Shown in pieces: positions 57,715 through 64,000 of a stretch of 64,000 nt of DNA. The notes beneath the pieces are model-generated. The model had not been told where the DNA came from, did not search any database, and worked only from the letters and a program-made list of their open reading frames with translations. The DNA is taken from assembly GCA_964016885.1 (NCBI GenBank), contig OZ024750.1, positions 50,282,001 through 50,346,000 on the forward strand. The letters are read 5' to 3'. The DNA is from Eledone cirrhosa. Lineage: Eukaryota. How positions within the stretch are numbered: position 1 is the stretch's first letter; every line of letters starts with the position of its first letter. The position numbers and the translations under genes were made by a program.

Positions 57715-57857
57715 AAAGACTTTTGATGTATTGAAGGCTTCTTTGTTTTATTTTCATAATTCTTCGGCTCTGTTTAATTACATTGAGCTATACCTTTTAC
57801 TGTCATTTCTATAATACGAAGAGGGTGTTTAACTCCAACACGCTCCAGCATTTTAGT

Positions 57858-57920
<63 letters not shown>

Positions 57921-58012
57921 TTTATATATAATATATATATATATATAATATATATATGTATAAATTTATATATATAATATATATAATATATATATATAAA
58001 TTTATATATATA

Positions 58013-58044
<32 letters not shown>

Positions 58045-58049
58045 GTAAA

Positions 58050-58250
58050 AGGTGAACAGAAATAACAACACAATCGGAACAGGAAGGGATATATTAGGTT
58101 AACGCTTGATATAGCAGGAAGAGGGTCTTAACCTTTTAGACGCTAGTTCTTCATCAGAAGAAAGAATGACAAATAAGATAGATTGAGAGGACGGTTGGGT
58201 TGGTATTGGAAAAAATGTATTTACATAAAAATAACAGGTCCATTCATATA
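58050..58250 (-). mobile_element. Family E element with decayed HHR; homolog at 8722-8872
   Basis: Shared aacagaaataacaacacaatcgg...tttacataaaaataacaggtccattcat; TCTT-CTGATGA-A-GAAC TAGC GTCT-AAAA-GGTT-AAGA. Confidence 0.6.
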
Positions 58251-58329
58251 TATATATATATATAATAATCCGGAACACACACAGATATTCATATCTTCGT
58301 ATCACGGCAATATGATAGTAATGAATTTT

Positions 58330-58685
58330 ACTATGGGCACATGGCCAGCAATTTTGGGGGTAGTGGAAAGTCGATTAAATCGACCCCAGTGCTTAGGGTT
58401 ACTTTATTTCATCGATCCTCTAAGGATGAAAGGCAAAGTTCATCCTTGTGGCGTCGATAAAATAAAGCACCAGTAATACACTGGGATAAATGCCTGCCTT
58501 GTGCCGAATGTAACCATAATGATAATAATAATAATAATTGTTTCTACTTTTGGCACAAGGCCAGTAATTACACAATGCATTACTGGTACTTTATTCTATC
58601 GACGCCGGAAGAATGAAAGGCAAAGTTAACCTCGACGGGATTTGAACTCAGATCATACAGGGAGGTATAATAATAATAATAATAA
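58330..58685. mobile_element. Rearranged OK-like SINE pieces in both orientations
   Basis: SINE body motifs on both strands. Confidence 0.7.
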
Positions 58686-59924
58686 GTCTTGGTAGTCTGT
58701 TACTCAGCGGCCTGACTTCTCTCAAAAATAAAACTCCATTAACTCGCAAAGAAAACATATATACTGTTAGTATTTCTGTCATAACACCCTTTTATCTGTT
58801 ACGGAAACTAAACATGAATAGTATGTTGAACACCAAATAATAATGAAGTATTATCAAGTCCATTGTTCATTCTCTGCTCTAAATTTAATGAACCAAAATG
58901 TAGTTCTGTATTGTAATTACAGCAGTACACAGGAAAATCAAATATGATTGATTTTAACGTAAAGCAATTGTTAATTGCAGGTTATCAGGGTGTATCCCCT
59001 GTAATCAAATGCATCTTAGTCCGATAATATAATTTAATCTAATGATATTTCTTTCGTTGTCTGTTAGTGTGACGTCTTTGATAAATCAGCTATGATGTTT
59101 GTGGAAACTAAAACACATCCTTCTCGCGAAAACCTGGGCAAAATTGATTGATGGAAATCTAGAAGTCTAAGCACTGTGATTTCATTAGAATGTATGCAAT
59201 CCGCCGCAGGTACTGTATCAAATCAGTGCTGATCCAGAGAAAGTATTATGACTCGGCGGAAACGTGACATACATAGGAGAGAGAAAACTATAAACAAAAT
59301 AAAAGCGGAAAGTAAACAAAAAATTACAGAATAAGGAAAGAAAATGGATAAAATAGGAAAATACTAATGTTATAATATAGTATAAATAAGGAATGTTCTA
59401 CATTTGGCAATACAAACGACTGCCAGCATCGATAGAACAAAAACGTCTGTGAATCTGAAGAAATTAGAAAGTGTCGATGCTTGAACATGCTGTGATAGAA
59501 AGAAAAATATTATAAGGTAGGAGAAATTGATATTGGATATCGAGGAAAAAATGTTAGAAAATAATGAGGTATTGACATATATATATAATTGGAGAAAATA
59601 GAAAACAAGAGGTAAAGAAATGGATATTCAAAACAAAATAAATATCACGTAAATAATTAGAGGCAGAGAGAACTTTGAAAATACTGATGAAATACTATTA
59701 ATGGACAAAAAATATACTGTTCCACTAACATTATACATTGTATCTTATAGAATAAATATATGGCGGTTACTATTGTTTTTAGAGATACCACAATTAGAAC
59801 TTCGATTCAGATGGACTTGGTATGAGGCAATGTGATGGCAATGAGGCATTTAACAGTTTTATTAACATAGTTTCAAAAAGAAAAAAAAACATTACCCGTG
59901 ATTTTCAAATATCATTGAAAATAA

Positions 59925-61659
59925 CACCGTGTAACATTTTTTTTCTCTGCTCCTGGCTTGTAATCACTTTTTTTGTGTTACTTAGGTCCCAAATAAATAA
60001 ATAAAAAGTGTTATTAAACAGTTAAAAGTTTGGGTTTCTAAAAATTCTAAGCTATTCACTAGAATTATTTGCATTCTGGATTTTACGTTGTATGTAAGTT
60101 TAATTTGCTTATGTAAATTTTTTTTTTATATATGTTTCAGGTTAAATTAAAATTATAAAATAAAGAGTAATACCTAAAGAAAATTATAAAAGTGCAATAA
60201 AGTATAAAATTGTTAAAAAGTGGATTAAAGAGATTTATTGATACTGGATTTTTGCACTCGGAATAAAGAGTAAGTTGTGCTTTAAGCATTTGTCTCCAGG
60301 ATGAAGCAGTGGAACATGGTCAAGGAGGAAGTGCAGGTGACAAGTCAGAGAAGTCGACAGGAACCTTTCTCAGGCTTTTACACTCTTAGGGATGGCTTCT
60401 GCTTCTGCCAAGACTTTGCCTGGACTGTTTGACGTTATTGGGGTGTCGTTTGTGCCCAAGGAGTGGCGGCTATTTATAGACAGCTCCACCACAAGTTAGA
60501 AGGCTGTCCTCCTCCACAATGGAAACAAGATCCTGACACTGCTCCTAGCTCATTCAGTCTGCCTGAAGGAAGATTAATACAGTGTGAAAGTCCTCTTGGA
60601 AGCTCTGCAATACAACCAGTACAATTGGGAAATCATTGGAGACTTCAAGATGGTGGCTTTTCTGCTTGGACTCTAATGAGGCTTTATCAAATGCCAACGC
60701 TTCCTCTGCTTTTGGGACAACAGAGCCACCTCTGACCACTACAAAAGAAAGAACTGGGAGCAGCGAACAGAATTTGTAGTTGGGACCCGGAACATCATGT
60801 GGGTGCCACTGGTTGATCCCAGGATTGTTCTCATGCCCCCACTGCACATTAAGTTGGGGTTGATGAAGCAATTTGTGAAGGCTCTCAACCAAGAATCAGC
60901 CGCTTTTAAGTACCTTCTTGAGTTCTTCCCCAAGTAATTTGAGGCCAAAATAAAAGGTGGAACTTTTGTTGGACCTCAGATAAAGAAGGTGTTTGAGTCT
61001 ACCGAGTTCTCCAATAAGCTCAATAGGATTGAGAGAACAGCATGGAACTGTTTCAAGGCAGTTGTTAAGGGCTTCCTGGGCAACTACAGAGCTGAAAACT
61101 ACCAGCAACTGCTGCAGGATCTGATAAATGCTTTGGCGCCAAGGGATGCAGGATGTCGCTTAAACTTCATATGCTGGACGCCCACCTGAAAAGATTCAAG
61201 GACAATATGGGCGCCTACTCAGAAGAACAAGGCGAACGATTCCACCAAGATATGAAAGAGATAGAGCAGAGGTACCAGGGCCACTACAATGAAAATATGA
61301 TGGGGGACTATATCTGGGGCTAGTGCGAGAATGCGACCTCGACTACAACCGCAAATCCAGGAAATCCAGTCATTTAGGACGTGTATAAGTTGCTTTATAG
61401 GTGTTATTTGTTTTTACTTGTTTGCTTTTGATAAGCTTGTGTAATAAAATAAATATATACTCTGTTGATTTAATTATATGAACTGATAAATTTAAAAAAA
61501 CTGTTTTTTTCTTGAAAAATATGAAAATTTCGAAATATCAAACTCCTGACCGCAAACCCAAACTTCTGATTAAATAATAGTGTTTATTTATAATAATGGG
61601 ATATAACAAACCATGAAATGATACTTAGAACCGGGGAACAAAAAATATGTTACGCGGTG
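59925..61659 (+). mobile_element. Chapaev3-type (CMC/Transib-related) DNA transposon, decayed transposase, TIRs intact
   Basis: EWRLFIDSS...KAVLLHNGN, WEIIGDFKMVAFLLGL, PPLHIKLGLMKQFVKAL, GPQI, MSLKLH and SEEQGERFHQD..IEQRYQG...MMGDYIW (60300-61375). TIRs CACCGTGTAACATTTTTTT and aaaaaatatgttacgcggtg, with ATAA on both flanks. Confidence 0.88.
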
Positions 61660-62414
61660 ATAATCAAGAACTGGAAGGGCTTAATAAAATTACGAATTGG
61701 TTACCTGGTGTTTGGAACATAATATAACAAAGGTCCAGACATAAAGCTATTCCCGAAAAGTATTAGTTTAATATAAACACCTTAAAAGCAACAGATCTGT
61801 ATCATAGAACCAGAGGCGGTTAAAAGTGATTTCGTATCAAAAGTTTGAAGGCTTCTCTGCCTCTTCATTAACGTTAGGGAAAAGCATTAGAAAGTGTTTC
61901 AATGTGGACATGACTGAGTACTCAAGTAGTTCGCTTCACAATACGTACGAGGGGATTCGATCTCTCTTCACTAGCACTATAAGTAAGTATTTTCTCTCAT
62001 AGATACGTCTGAACCAAAGCTATATGTGTCAAAATTGGTCGACTGTAGCTGAGTATACCTCCGTCGAAAAGATGGATTTTGTTCTTAGGTAAATAACTTA
62101 GTCTGTCACCTTGTTTAACGAATCTTTTTTGTCCTTCGATAATTTTAGTGGAGTCCAATCTGCTGCAAACATTCATACCTTGTTTTCACAATTGTGCCTG
62201 GAGGTAGGTCTCAAAGACCGTGATAAAATGTTGAAATGAGGTGTGGGAGGGGGGGGGGGGGGTTATTAGAGAATCTCTGTATTTCAATCAATGACTAAAA
62301 TAAATTCTCTCAATGTAATTGTTTTAGCTTCGAAGTCAATAGTATATAACTCCGAAATAAATAATTTATTACACGTACGCACAAGCACCCATACCTACCC
62401 ATATAAGTATATAT

Positions 62415-62577
62415 ATAATTGTTTCTAATTTTGACACAAAGCCAGCAATTATCTCAGTGTATTACTGGTACTGTATTTTATCGACCCCGTAAGGGTGAAA
62501 GGCAAAGTTAACCTTGGCGGGATTTGAACTCAGACTATAAAGGGGCGTAACTCTTTGCTACAAAGCATAGCGTCTGA
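62415..62577 (-). mobile_element. OK-like SINE
   Basis: Reverse complement of the standard body. Confidence 0.8.
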
Positions 62578-63619
62578 GTATATATGTAATGTGGGCTTAT
62601 TAATCATTCATTGAGCCGTGGCATCAAATAAATAATTGTATAGGATATTTTCAGGAGAGTGACATGAGATATTGAACTGAACAAAACAAAATGTTATTAA
62701 GATATCTAGACGTCTAGTAGATCGAACAATATACTGTTCATCTCCCCAATCGACAGAGTGTCTATCATACAAATAAATATAATATAGGTATATCTAGAAA
62801 TGCATGATACTGAGATGCTAAAACTAGTTGATCATCATTCTAATTTTGTTAGCTATATAGTTGGAAAGATCTTTAAATAATACGTATGTATGTTTGTGTG
62901 TGTCTCTACCTCTCTCTCTCTCTCCCTCTCTTTTATATATATATATAGCAATCTACATATCTATTTATCTATCTATAGATATGTGCCTATAATTCTAAAT
63001 AATGTTGAAAGTGCACCGTCATAAGATACAGCGTGCCTTGGTCATTTTAAAACTGGTGGCACGCATTCTTCTCTAGGTCTGAACATAATCTATTTATTTA
63101 GAGATACGAGAGGCAGAGTGATGGAAAGAAAGTAGGAAAGAGAAAGAGAGGGGGAATAGAAACCATTACTATTCTATGATACTTGATTTATCGACCACGA
63201 AATGTTGAAAGGTAAATTTACCTTGGCAGAATTTGAACTCATGTCGCAGTTATGTTGCAGCATTCTTAACAATAATTTGTCACCTTGTAATAATATATTT
63301 TGTATATTTTAGTAAACACCCGTCGCTAGTCTGCGGGTAAAAATATTTCTTAATCATGTACGTAGCTTCATAAATTGTTTAAATAATGTTCAGATTGACT
63401 TTCTCGTTGAATAATAACATTTATTTGAAATACTAACAATGCAGCCGTTATTACTAAAACTAAAACTGTACCTCGAATGATAGGGCCAGTAAATAGTAGA
63501 CAGTTGTATAATCAAATATTTATTTTCTTTGATCTGTGTTACGTTATCTGTAGGTTGAAGTCTTTTTTTAGTCAATCTTTTACACACACACACACATCTT
63601 GTAACGTTTTCATTACAAT

Positions 63620-63842
63620 AGAACAGGAGGAACATAACAACATCACCGATGATGTTACAGGGGTGTGACGAACGAACTCTGAAAAACTATATTTATATCT
63701 ATATTTTTAACAGTTGGACAATCAATGATAAACATTGATTACCAGCTGAATTAATTATGGCAATATCATAACAACATAACCCTCCCAAAATATAACAATA
63801 GTTGCTTCAACACACGATTTCATATCAAATCCTTGCAAAGAA
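63620..63842 (+). mobile_element. Family A element with decayed HHR (63642-63682) and tail
   Basis: CCGATGA-T-GTTACA GGGG TGTGAC-GAAC-GAACTC; tail accctcccaaaatataacaa...cacacgatttcatatcaaa. Confidence 0.6.
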
Positions 63843-64000
63843 ATTCATCGCCGAAAGATTGGTAGATATTGAAATGTGACAATTTGTTAATATAACCTGA
63901 CCGTATATTGATTTACGCTTTACACCATTTAACCGTTTTATCGTCTCCCTTTCTCTCTCACACACACTCTATTAAATATACTAGCAGAAAAACCATCCCT

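Larger units (their letters stand above)
55951..57860. mobile_element. ~770-bp inverted repeat pair (55951-56720 vs 57003-57760), each arm carrying an HHR; PLE pLTR-like
   Basis: Near-identical mirrored sequence, also seen as twin spurious ORFs 55998-56201 and 57510-57713. The plus arm continues ~100 bp to (TA)n. Confidence 0.85.

Overview
This is AT-rich, microsatellite-saturated animal DNA. The SINE families and (TA)n/(CA)n load look like an octopod cephalopod, which is an inference. I found no convincing host gene exon. Coding remnants are all decayed transposons: RTE LINEs, a Helitron, a Chapaev3-type DNA transposon with TIRs, an R4-like fragment, a Tc1/mariner-like fragment, and at least five Penelope-like element (PLE) RT/GIY-YIG fragments. 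The main signal, invisible in the ORF track, is a dense population of type I hammerhead ribozyme (HHR) motifs read by eye. There are about two dozen full-length (intact or decayed) motifs plus several half motifs, in roughly ten sequence families, mostly in short non-coding elements inserted into (TA)n tracts and often arranged as inverted dimers. Highlights: (1) an ORF-less ~424-470-nt circularly permuted/tandem HHR unit that looks like a retrozyme (putative circular RNA); (2) an HHR family with a compensatory U3-A8 core; (3) an intact HHR with a ~50-nt extended stem II; (4) repeated fold-back junctions centred on ribozyme stem II. All RNA folds are manual and untested, and element boundaries are approximate.
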